A stretch of 51,118 bases of DNA from positions 34,159 to 85,276 of the forward strand of contig MQRK01239597.1 of NCBI GenBank assembly GCA_001938485.1, written 5' to 3'. This document shows positions 36,901-48,863 of this stretch, in pieces (position 1 is the first letter of the stretch; every line of letters begins with the position of its first letter). Both the position numbers and the translations under genes were made by a program. The DNA comes from Girardia tigrina. Its lineage: Eukaryota. Below the pieces are notes generated by a model. It was not told the origin of the DNA and ran no database searches. It saw only the letters and a list, made by a program, of their open reading frames with translations.

Positions 36901-37980
36901 TTCATAAATAAAAGTCTGTAATCTTCCGAATCTTTTCCATAATGTTTGCTTATAAAATAATTGCCCAAATATTTTATTTAAAAAATTATTAATTTAATTT
37001 TATTTAATACATTTTAATTATTTTAAACTTCTGTTGAATTTAATAAAATTTCGTAAAATCATTTAACATTTATATTATAAATTCAGCAATTATTTTTGGG
37101 AGAGACAACACACTTTAATACATACGACTCATCATTCTTACATTTCTCACAATAGTCCTAAGCTGGAAAAAATGTGTTGATAATAGTGATAGTTACTTTG
37201 AGACATAATCCCTTCATGACTTTGTTGTTGCAAATTATTTTGGGCTTTATTTATTTCTATCTATTAGAGTTTCACTACTTATCTTAAGGTAGAATATTTA
37301 TATTTAAATGCCAATTCATTTTTTAAATTTTGGTAAGTAATAAGATTAAGAGCAATTTCCTCAATGAAATCAATGATAAATAACTGTATAAAAATTTAAT
37401 AAAACTTTCTTTCTGATTATACTTTTAAAAATACCACTGAGAATAATATTTTTGTGTTTATAATATTTTTATTTATATTTTTGTGTGGTATTCTAGTTTC
37501 ACAAAAGATGAGGAAGAGCTGCGGTTGTTGTTTGAAAATTTTTAGTAGCTTTTATGCCATTTTCGTTATCCGAAATTTCAGAATTCATATTGAACTTAAT
37601 TAAACACAATAATACACATTGTAGTGTTCACTAATTCGTATCAGCAGCAGCAACCAATTAAAAGTTTTTCCATGTGATATTTAACTTATTTTTTGTAATT
37701 TTTAATTATCAAAATTGCCTTAATTGGATTTGCGACCCCTGAAATTTTAGAGCTGAAAAAAATCCAGATGTACATTCAAAAAATTTTTAATTCAATTAAA
37801 ATTTTAAAAATTGATGATAAATTATCGAAAACTGTGAATATTTTAATTTGGTGTTGTTTAAATAATTAACTTTGTACGAAAATTTGAAGCATAAAATAAA
37901 TTAATTGATATCGTTTGAATTTTTTTATTTCGATTAAATTGATTCTATTTCGACTTTTCACGTAGTTTAAGTAAATAAAG

Positions 37981-38400
37981 ATGTCAGAGAATAAATGTTC
38001 GAAAAAACGCAAAGAAAAATAAGATCATCGATCTTGGATTCCTCGATTTTTTATCGGTCGATTGCCAATGGAATTCGAACGGAAACCCGTCGATCCCGAG
38101 TATCGAAAATATCTGATCGCGCAATCGTGAATCGCCGCCGCAACAGGCGACTACTCGTACTTGGCAACGGCGCAATACTATCCTCGATATTCCAATGTCG
38201 ACCCGTCCAGAGAACGATCTCGCATGAAAGTACAAGCGAAAGATCTGCCGCTTTATTCGGAACCTCCCGATCCGAAATACGGATATGAATATATACCGAA
38301 TAAACGCATTTTAACAAAAACGACAAACGGAACGGTTTGTGAATCGTTAAAATCGAAATACAAATTATCGAACAATCGGAGTCTGTGGGCGACGCGATAA
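37981..38400 (+). pseudogene. Putative single-exon gene of unknown function (139 codons, two in-frame stops)
   Basis: One frame from ATG 37981 to TAA 38400, broken only by TAA 38020 and TGA 38128. It coincides with a sharply bounded CpG-rich island. Confidence 0.5.
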
Positions 38401-39498
38401 TTTACGTGATCGATATCGGTGACACCGGTCACCTCACACATATAAACAAATTTTCCGTTAATTTAATCATTTTGCCAAAATCCATTTGTTAAATTTTTCT
38501 TTCAATTTAATTTGTAAAAATAAATTATAATTATAAAATTTATTTTTAAATTATAAATAAATTTTTTTTATAAAATTTTATCATAAAACTATTAAATTTA
38601 AATTTACCAAAAGGCTTTTTTCAAAATTATTGCTTAAAAATATTATAAATTTTAAATTCGTTTATTATTTATTTTGAAATTCTTATTTCAACACTTTTAT
38701 TAAAATATATCAATTGTTATGACTGTAAACATTTTTTTTTGTTTTTATATAATCATTTAATCTTTGTTTGTTTTCATTTAAAAATCATTTGGAACTTTTT
38801 CTAATTTTGAAACGTTTTGTATTTATTTTATTCTTTAAAATTTTTAAATTTCAAAAAATTATTAAATTATTTTGGCGAAGTACAAATTTTTGATTCACCT
38901 TGGGGGTAAAAAATTAGCACAAATCCATCATATCTTGAATATTCAAAAAATCATTTCAAAATTAAATCTGTACATGAAAGTTGAAATAACTGTTAAGAAA
39001 ATGAATTTTAATGTAAATGGTAAATAAAAAAATATTGTTAAAAATTTAATTCGATTTGTTTTACAGAATTAATTAAATCAATTGATAAATGAAAAAAAGT
39101 TGTAAGATTTTAAATAACAATAAAAATAATAATATGTGATTGAATATCGTTCTGATTTGTTACCCTCATTGCGTGATAAAATTCAGTCGAAAAGACAGGT
39201 AAAAAGAGATTTCAATTCGTTAATGGAAAATTTGACTATTAAATTTCGTCAGCCATCAATAACAAATATTTTATAAAAGCATTTATAATTATCGTGACTA
39301 AAAAATAATTCAATGAATGAATTCAATAATATGTTTGCATGTTCTGAATATTCTCTTAACATTAATGATTCTGAAAAACTAAATAATTAAGTGAAAATTG
39401 ATTTTGTTATCTCCTGTGATACTGGGGCTCTCTATGTGAGTAAAAATTGTGAAGAGTCTGAAATTGAAATAAATAAAACTATCGATTCGATAAATTCT

Positions 39499-39648
39499 TA
39501 TTCGGGATTGTTATTTGTAGTTTTGAATCCCTACAAGAGATTGTCAATTTGCAGTGATAATATGATCGAGAGGCATAATGGTAAAAGGTGGTGTTCATGG
39601 CCGCCACGTGCTTGCATACTCCCAAACACGGCTCAAGCAGTCTATTGA
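39499..39648 (+). pseudogene. Myosin II motor-domain fragment, decayed
   Basis: YSGLLFVVLNPYKRLSICSDNMIERHNGKRWCSWPPR aligns with the conserved myosin II segment YSGLFCVVINPYKRLPIYS..IE.Y.GK.R..PPH. Confidence 0.7.
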
Positions 39649-41336
39649 CCAAGTCAGTTTGGATTGTTCTTGGCCGAGACCACCAACGTTTTTCCCATTT
39701 GAAGATGAGAAAAATATGATCGTAGGAGGAGCGAACAAAATGTCGATGACTGTTGATCGAATGGATCAGATTCTTAGTCATTCTCTCTCCCTTCGATTCA
39801 GTCTTCACCTGCCTATCACCAGAGCATTAAAGCAACGACCACGCTGCGCCCGCAATTGCATCAACAACAAATTTTAACAAAATACTCATAACAATATTCT
39901 CGTGTTTTACAACTTAACTTCAAAAAAATATTTACTTGGATCGACATTTCTAAAGACTTTTTATTTCTTATAAATAAAATTTTAATAATATTATTAGTAT
40001 TCTTTAAAAATGAGCTTCTGATAGCATCGATGTATCTGTAAATTATCTGCTTCATATAAATTATCCCCTTAGTGAATACATCTGTTATACGACGATGTCT
40101 GTGACATTTACATTAACTACTACGAATAAATTCTCGCAAACTTCAACTTTAATAAATAAATCACGAAATAAACTTAAAAAAACATTTTTCAAGTCTGAAA
40201 ATTAAATTAAATTCAGAAACGTTTTGAAAGTAAAAATTAATTTGACATTTTTATGGAATGTTTTATACAAAATCCATTTTTGTTTGGCAGTTCCGTTAAT
40301 AAAAGTTGAATTTAATTTATTTTTGTTTCTTTAGTAGTAATATAACATTTTCAAAAAAATAACATTGAATTAATCATCAAATAAATATACGGTATAAGCG
40401 ACAGCTTATTGAGCTGCGTTCAATTTCAGGTAGGAAATTATGTAAATGTTAAAGCAAAAAAAACAATTAAAGATACATATACTTATCTACCTCCGTTTTT
40501 TAACAACAAAATCTTCACAACCATCACAGGTGTCATCATCAATTACTGTTTCGGAATTTTGAATATATTTTTATTTCTATTCTGGTATTTCAATTTATGT
40601 CTCGAAATATTCTCCTTCTCTTCTTGTCCAAACGACAATCAATAATAAGAATTAATCATTATAAATTTAAAATTTATAATTATAAATGACAATATCGCTG
40701 AATTACTTGTTACTTTTTTATGTATAAAAATATATAATATAAGTTTTGTTTATTAAATATGTCTAATAAATTAACCAAGTACTCAAATATAATTTAAAAT
40801 ATTGAATATAAAAGATGATTTTTAATGTTACAGTTTTACTATATTTTTAAAAAAAACAATACTGATCTACCCGATTCACGAGTTGTCCCGAGAAGTGGAC
40901 GGTTGTAGCAGTAGTGCGCAGTGCAGGTTCGAGCAGGAGCTCAAAATCAGTGTGGCGGGCCCATATTTTTAATATCGATTGAGAGAAATACATTTGAAGA
41001 CAAAAGAGATAAGAATCGTTTTTGAAAATCGTGAGTGAAAACATCGAGAAATCTGTCACCAATACAGTCGATATTATCGCTCAGTTAATCGCGCATGTGA
41101 ATTTTGATCATCCTAACTAAATCATTAGAAAGTTTTTTACTGCAATTATAGTAAATATTTTCAAAAAATTCAAATGAATTTCTTTTAATATTTCCGTCAA
41201 AAGACGACATTAATTCGAGGACATGAGAGTCAGACATTTGAAATTAAGCTTTCGATATCGATATGATTTTTCGAAAACAAAATATATTTTCTTTTAAAAA
41301 AAATAAAATAACAATTCAAATGTTTATTTTCTTTTT

Positions 41337-44225
41337 AGTTAAGATATTCGACTACATTAAGACACTTGACAATTCAAAATTTATTAATTTGACACCAATA
41401 GTTAATTTAAACAAACCTTCATTAATATTTCCATAATTTCCCCCTCTGACATTTGAGGTTCATATCTTCTTAAGCCATTCAATTTGTCTTCGTACCTGTC
41501 AACCATCTGCTTGATTTTGTAACTCAAGTTGATGAGTGATATATGTGTTATAATTTTAAATGTGCCTTCAAATCGGATCGCATCCTTCTTTTGTTTTTGA
41601 GGATTTATCTTTACCATAACCTGTTGACCATCTTCAAAATTTCTCTTCGTTCTCTTCTCTCCCTCCCACTGTTCCATATGGTTTGCTGCTCTTTCCACAT
41701 TTTCTTTCACGATCTTTTTAATATCTTCTCCCTTTTCCGTCAGTGACACTCCTCCAGCAGCGTGCAAATTTATTTTCCGTTTAAAAACAATTTCAAACGG
41801 CAAAATCCGGTTGTACTTTGTACCATCGCATTAAGCGAAAACTCAATTTTGGGAATTATTTACTACCACATCTGTTTAACCTTCTCTCTATTGGTTGTCA
41901 CCAACATATCTCTCACTGTCCGAATATATCGTTCTGGGAATCCATTGGATTGATGCTGGAATGGACTACTACACCGATGTTCAATCCCATGTTTTTGACA
42001 GAATTCCTTGAACTTCGTACCCGTAAAATACGTTCCATTATCTGTTAAAATTCCTTTTTTTTATCAAATCTATAAATCCATTTAACCAGATTACATCGAA
42101 TTACAATATTTTTGGATTGCGTTCTGATTTCCGTCAAACTCACTAGTTTTGAGAATTGATCAACTATCACTAACAAGTACGAATAATTTGAATTTCTATT
42201 TCAAATGAAAGCATGGTGATCCATAAAGAGCATCAAATAACATCTGACTATCCGGCATCGGAAATGAAACCCTCTTAGCCACTTCATTTCACTTTCTAAA
42301 ATCCAGAGACATCCGGATTCCACCATCCTTCTTTCATCCTTCTGTGAACCAATGGCGAATTCCAATCGCTTTAACATTTTCTAATAAAACCCGCGATTTC
42401 CAATCGATGCAACACATCTTCCACTTTCTTTTCCAAGTGTATGGATTGCCTTCTAGGGTTCAAAAATATTTGTTTACTATCCGTCTCAATTCTGTGAACT
42501 AGCACCTCTGTAAATCCTAGATCCTATTCATGTTTCATGAATACATCTTCATATCGAACCACGACTTCTTCCAACTCTTTACACACTTTTGCGGATTCCA
42601 TATTATCTCCAACATATTTAAATTTCTGCCTTTTCCTTGTGGTTTTCTTCTTTTATTAATTTCAGCTTAAATTTCTTGATTGCATCGATTCCTTTGATAA
42701 TCTATGGTCTAATCTCCTTGACCAAAACTAATTCAACCTTCTGCGACTCGACTTCCACTCGAAAACAATCATTATTTTACCTAAACATCTATGACTTTTC
42801 GAAAAAGCTCTGTTCAAAATAATCCCACGTGGAACCATTTTTGGTTGCCCAATCTTTTTCCATTCATTCTCACTAATTACTGAGACACCCGCACCACTGT
42901 CCCACAACATCGAGATCACTTGAACTCTGATTCGCACTTCATTCCACCATCTTCCATCTGTGCAGACCTTCATATCCGCACTTCGTTTTTCTTTCGCATT
43001 TATATCGATTCCACTGACGAAATGCTCACAATGGAACCGTTGGCATTTAAATCTTCCTCCAAATTTTCTCCTTGAATTTCCCGATCTCCTTTATATGTTT
43101 CTCTGATACATATCAGATTCAACTATCGATTCTAGTAACACTGACGGAAACCATGTCCGCTCTTTCGATATATTAGGCGATTTCTTTTGGTATGTCCATG
43201 TTTTCCACAACAATAACAATCTCCTTTCAATAATATTTCTTCCTCAGGTTGTGGGAGTCCCTTTACCCGGCAGTACAATTTTTTGCTTGAAACCACGCTG
43301 ATTGAACTGGTGTTACAACTTGTTGAGACGGTTTGGAGACCATAATTGATTGAAGTCCCCCAGTTACCCCCTGTCGCCCACTGAACTGTTCTACAGGCCG
43401 TCGGTCTGTTGTTTCTTTGAATTTGGCCTGGCTGTTTCTGAATTTCTGAAAAGATACTGTATCCTTGTATTGATTTATTTTCTGAATTACTTCTGCAAAT
43501 GATTGCTTTCTCGTCATAACAGCAACTGATTCTTCTCTTGTTATATTATTTTCATAAATTATGGCTTTGTCCCGCATCTCTTCGATCGGCATTCTCGGTT
43601 TGAATACAAACCTCTCCTTCAGCACCTGGGATCGTATTCTTTTTCGTAGTAACTCTTCTACGATGTATTTACTTCGTGCCTGTAACTTTTCCACCGCTTC
43701 TCTGACTCTCAGTTCGAAAACAAAAAAAAATCATTTTCTTTTTGTTCTATATTACTTACCGCTTCAAGATATTCTAAAACTGAGCTCTTCTTCGTAAACA
43801 TCTCCATAAGCCACTGCTTGGTCTCCTCATCTGACACTGCTTTCCTATCTTCTTTGAAATTTTACCATAGAGTCTCCGCCTGCTCTGTCAACATGCCGTC
43901 GAACAATGTCATGAATGATATTCCCATACATTGAGTCCGTTGGCACATATCTGCAAACAAGGATCCTGCTTCTTCCGTAGATTCCATTGAAAGGCCTCAG
44001 TTTCTTGTTGATCGCATCGGTTAATGCTTTCGGCAGTTCCAATTTCAGTATTGATTGGATGATTTTCACTCCGTTTCATGGAAGTTCTTCTTGTTTGGCG
44101 TGGTCGCCAGTTAAGATATTCGACTTCATTAAGGCACTTGACAATTCAAAATTTATTAATATAACACCAATAGTTAATTTAAAATCTTTATTAATAAGTC
44201 GTATTTTATTAATATTTCCATAACT
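41337..44225 (-). mobile_element. Ty3/Gypsy family A copy 2, internally deleted (2889 bp)
   Basis: LTRs at 41337-41438 and 44109-44225, PBS TGGCGACCACG, PPT AGAGGGGGA and TTTTT flanks. gag, protease MLWDSGAGVS and the start of RT are joined near 42200 directly to the integrase core (DQFSKLVSL). Confidence 0.92.
42978..43051 (-). promoter_or_regulatory. -1 frameshift signal (U UUA AAU plus predicted pseudoknot)
   Basis: Same architecture as 8061-8134. The -1 frame is open into the protease ORF 42728-42973. Confidence 0.82.
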
Positions 44226-45367
44226 TTTTTCATGAGTTATTTCCAAAAAAAATCAAAATTCAATAACCTTTCACACAAAAAATATCTCCTCAAAACTAGC
44301 GATCAAATCAATAAATTTTTAATCGTATAATTTTAATTTAAAACTTTTCAAATATCACTAAATCAAAATATTTTAAATCAAATAAAATCCAAAGAAAATT
44401 TAAACTGAATTGATCATACGCTATGACAACAAAACATTTCTCGTCAATTAAACCGAATTGTCAAAAATAGGATACTGATAACAATTGTGAGTGAAGAACA
44501 AAAAAATATCGTTAATTGTGAACTTCGATTTCTCACTATGATTCCTCTGACCAGGCCCGTACCGCCAGGGGGCCGAAGAGAGCCCGCCCCTAAAACGCAA
44601 GTCTGTCCCCCACCAAGTAAAAAAATACAAATGAAAAAATAGGGATTTGGCAAAATGTATACAGAAAAACTGAACAACAGACCTATAGAGTGACAGAGAG
44701 TAGTATGGGTAGGTAGGTGAGAGAGAAGGAAAGTTTGTACACATGGATTGACGTGGTATGAGGGAATAATCTACATCCAAACAAAAACACACACAAGCAC
44801 ACATTTGCTGTCTATATCTGTCATTATTCTGTGCTTACTCTTACTGCATACTATGCACTGCAGTGTCATTGTAATTGATCCTACCCTGTGACATTATTTT
44901 GATTGTAATAGAACATGTCGACACACGAGCATCATGAATTTCTTCCAAGTTATTCCGAAGAATTCTGTAACTTCAGTCAATCCACATAGAATACTATCCC
45001 TGCTTCTATGTCATCAACATATGCTACTACATCCATCTCTGATACTATTCAATCAATCTGCGTTACTATATTACTGTACTTCATATATTACTGCTACTTC
45101 ATATATCCCTGACAATAGAGTGATGTCTTCATTTGCCTATATACCTGCCAAGCCAATGACATCTACTAAATCTGATTTGGGGGACGACATGCCGCGCCAG
45201 CCAGCTACTGTAAATTTCTACAGAATTTCAAGACTCCATTTGGTTCAAGGGAGCGCTCATTTTCTTCTGCGTGGTATAACGGAAGACCATATTTTAGTAC
45301 TTGGGAATACTTTAAAATTACTTTTGTTGGGGCCAAGTATTAATGTTCGAGCCCATAGGAACTCGCC

Positions 45368-45901
45368 CTAAAATTCAAGCTCCCAATCGTCAATTGTGGT
45401 CCTTAAGAGGACCGTATTTCCTTCGCAATTATTAGAAGCACTTGAGGAAACACTGATGAAATAATCTGGTTGAAACAATTTCCCAAGATTCGAATTCAGT
45501 ACATAATCGAGAGTGGTACTATTCAATTCAACCATGACGCTGATCGGCACACACTTTCCATGAATTCCAGAAGTAAAGTAAACGTAAATTCTTTGTAATT
45601 GCAAATCACTGTCGCTTTCGTAAACACCAGTGGTCGGTTTGACACCGTGTTCGTTGGTGATTATTTTCCAAACCTTCGTTTCGATACTGTTTCCACAACT
45701 TTGAAATATTCTCATTAATTCATACCATTGATCATGAATGTCTTCACAAATTTTAATAGGTGCTGAACTTTCGTTAGTTTCTTTGATATGCAATCTCCGA
45801 TCGGGAATTCTTGCATGATTATCTTCAAATGTCTTTATAAAATAATCTACATTAAAAATATAGTCAAATGGAAAAGTTATCTGTTCTTTTAAATTAGACA
45901 T
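45368..45901 (-). CDS. Unknown 177-aa ORF inserted antisense inside the hAT transposase (possibly a truncated gene copy)
   Basis: Long ATG-initiated ORF in very AT-rich DNA with globular-protein composition. The frame stays open for ~50 more codons after the TAG. No transposon motif recognised. Confidence 0.5.
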   Translation of the reverse strand: MSNLKEQITFPFDYIFNVDYFIKTFEDNHARIPDRRLHIKETNESSAPIKICEDIHDQWYELMRIFQSCGNSIETKVWKIITNEHGVKPTTGVYESDSDLQLQRIYVYFTSGIHGKCVPISVMVELNSTTLDYVLNSNLGKLFQPDYFISVSSSASNNCEGNTVLLRTTIDDWELEF

Positions 45902-46127
45902 TCAATTTCAGTCAAAGAATAATTTTCTTTAATAATTAAAAATCAATATCTTAATTAATTTTTATTAGATCTCAAATTTTATAATCTAATTTAAAACATT
46001 AAAACAAATCAAATAATAAACCTTTTTAAGTTTAAGTTTTCAAATCATAATTTTTTTCTTTTCCTTTTTTTAACAATACAACAAAAGTAATTTTAAGTAA
46101 TAATTTTTTTCTTTCTTTTTAACAGTA

Positions 46128-46182
<55 letters not shown>

Positions 46183-47278
46183 NNNNNNNNNNNNNNNNNN
46201 NNNNNNNNNNNNNNNNNNNNNNNNNNNNNNNNTATATATATATATAATTGGAATTAAATTCCAATTCAAAAATTTATTTTTATTTCCATCTTGAACAGTA
46301 CTCTATTGAGAAAGATGCTGTCTTCTGCTTTTGCTGTCGAAAATTCTCATAGCCCGGCTCTGCTGGAGAAAGTGTTTTCTGAACAGGTGGATTCCGAAAT
46401 TGGAAATCAACTTTGGAAAAGGGAAAAAGTTTTCAAAAGCATGATTCTTCTGCTGACCTAATCAATGCCATGGAACGATGGAAGGAGAGGCAGCTGCGAT
46501 GTGAAAGAGGAGTGGAAGTTTGAACTTTGATTAATGAAACACAACTCAAGAACAACCTTTACTATGTCGACGCAATTGTTGATATTGTGAAGTTTCTTGT
46601 GATAAATGAATTAGCCTTTCGTGGTGACAGTTTCAGTAGGAATGACATTGAGGAGGATGAGAAACTTCCAAATGGCCTCTTTTTATGTCTTTTCGAATAC
46701 ACTATTAAGAAAAATCCTGATCTGGATCGAATCAATAAAACAATTCCAACATTTGCCACCTAGAATTTAAAATGAAATTATCGCGTTAATGGGATTAATG
46801 GTACATGAGTCAATTGTAAAGAAGTGTAATTCTGATGATGTCGAATATTTTACACTGAAGGTGTATGGTACCAAAGATCGAACGGGGTCTGAAAATGTGT
46901 CGATTACCATTAGATTTTTCTCAGCAGGACAACCTCAGGAGCACTTAATCTGCATTTCTCGAACAATTTTCACGAAACCAAAACTTTTTAAATATTGAAG
47001 AGCTAAAGACATTAGCGAATTTGTGTGGCGTGGATATAAACAAAACCCAACATGAGTATGAAACTGCAAAGATATTCCTATTGAAGACGACTAATACTGT
47101 GACATACGTTCATCAGTTAGTGCAAGAATTATACTTTTATCGAGAGGCATTTCCATCTGTGTATCGTCTTGCAGTTTCGGCACTCACACTCGGTTCTTCA
47201 ACTGCCACATGTGAGGCGAGTTTTAGTACTTTATCTCGTGTTCTAACTCCCTTTCGTACATCTATGACGCATTCTCGC

Positions 47279-47740
47279 TGTGAGGAATATTTTAATTTGT
47301 TTGAATGTGTAAATTTATGGATGCGGTATGTTGATTTAAGTATGTTGAATTTAGAATGGTGATTCTCCCACCCAGATGGAAATTGGTATTTTTTATTTAA
47401 ATTTAAAGTGATTGACTATTCGAACACAACTAAAATTAAGTTTAATATTTTTTAGTAAAATTTAAATTAAATGCATTTTTAATAATTTGATGACATTTTT
47501 ATTATTTGAAGATTTATTGAGAAAATGGTAAAAAATATTATTTTTTTAATTAATATTTTTAGAGGCTAAATATTTTAAAAAATCATTTAAAAAAATTTTT
47601 CGAATAATCATGATTAAAAATAGAAATAAGAAAACCAATTAGAAGGATGACAAACGATGAAAGACTTTCTGAGAGTCATAATGACTCTCAATGTGATTGT
47701 AATAAACATTCAAACGAGACTTGTTTAAATGTTCTTAATA
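47279..47740 (+). mobile_element. Solo LTR of Gypsy family B (462 bp) nested in the hAT transposase
   Basis: 5-bp TSD CTCGC at 47274-47278 and 47741-47745. Removing it restores ...SMTHSR|KANLVLLSF...RRLQLF*. Confidence 0.95.
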
Positions 47741-48863
47741 CTCGCAAAGCAAACCTTGTATTGCTCTCGTTTAAAAGTGAGATCACTAATAACATCAAAT
47801 TTGATGACTTTCTTTGACGATTTAATGAAATGAAAAATCGTCGATTGCAGTTATTTTGAGTCACATTAGTATCTCATGCATACAATTTCTTACTTCCGTA
47901 TGTAATTGCTGTATTATTTCTATTGTATACTACTACACTCATCCTTTGTTATAGTAAATCTGTCTGTCTGTACTCACAATGTTAAATTATCCATCGTGCA
48001 AACATAATAAAATATGCAACTAATGTAATTGATTTTTGTCTTTATTTTGGAAAAATGCGCGAAATTCATTTCATATGCGCAAGAATGCTGCAAAGTAATG
48101 TCCAGATAAAAGTTCTATTTTGCTTTCCTTGATCCTTCGAAATTTAAACATTTACACCGTGTATTTTCAAAAAGTATTCATTTATTACACGAGAATTACT
48201 GGCCCTTTTAATAAGTGTCTGGGCCCCCACAAAAGGTATCACGATACGGGCTGCCTCTGACCAATCAGAGTGAGAATTTCATATTATCTGCCAAAATAAA
48301 ATTGACACATGTTCATTTTTAACACACCAAACTAAACAGTTGTAGCAAAAAAATGAAATTAAGTAAAGAAAATGAAATGAAGTAAAAATCAGTTTCACCT
48401 TTTCTTTTAAATTTAATTATTTTTATTTAATTTTCTTTATTTAATTATTTTTAAATATATTATTAAACAACTAATTCAAACAAAATCAAGGCTATAACGA
48501 TCACTTTTCGTATCCGAATTTTTGACTTTAAGTCTTTTTAGTCTCGAAAGATGTCGAAAAAAATAATGATAATAATATAATAAAAAATTGCAATTAAAAA
48601 TATTTTAACTAATTAATTTCAATTAATTTAAGTATTAATTTCAATAAAAATATCAATTTAAATTCTGAAAATATACAATTAATTCAAAAAATAATAATAA
48701 AAAAATATATCACATTTTCATGAAATGTGTAGAACGATCTGTATTTTAACAATGTTATATCGTTATTGGAGGAAATTTGAAATAAGGTGACGATATTAGT
48801 GATTGTATTTTGGAAGAGAATAAAAAATATCTAGAATGTGTTGAAAAGAAATATAAGTATTAT

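Larger units (their letters stand above)
44552..48253 (+). mobile_element. hAT DNA transposon, degenerate, with two internal insertions
   Basis: 8-bp TSD CCTCTGAC at 44544-44551 and 48254-48261. TIRs CAGGCCCGTACCG / CGATACGGGCTG. Transposase parts: TTF-type zinc finger (YSIEKDAVFCFCCR..GFRNWK), LAFRG, GTKD..E.VSITIRF, and dimerisation domain (TATCEASFSTL..RTSM..RR). Confidence 0.92.

Noticed and set aside
37981-38400. Stop-codon reassignment or mitochondrial insert
   Set aside because: The two stops differ (TAA and TGA), there is no mitochondrial protein similarity, and the GPCR reads in the standard code.
40860-41110. tRNA/SINE or second myosin fragment in a GC-richer patch
   Set aside because: Only a partial box-B (GGTTCGAG) is present, with no cloverleaf or convincing protein motif.
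47021-47362. Novel hAT-LTR fusion protein
   Set aside because: Passive read-through from a broken transposase into the inserted solo LTR.
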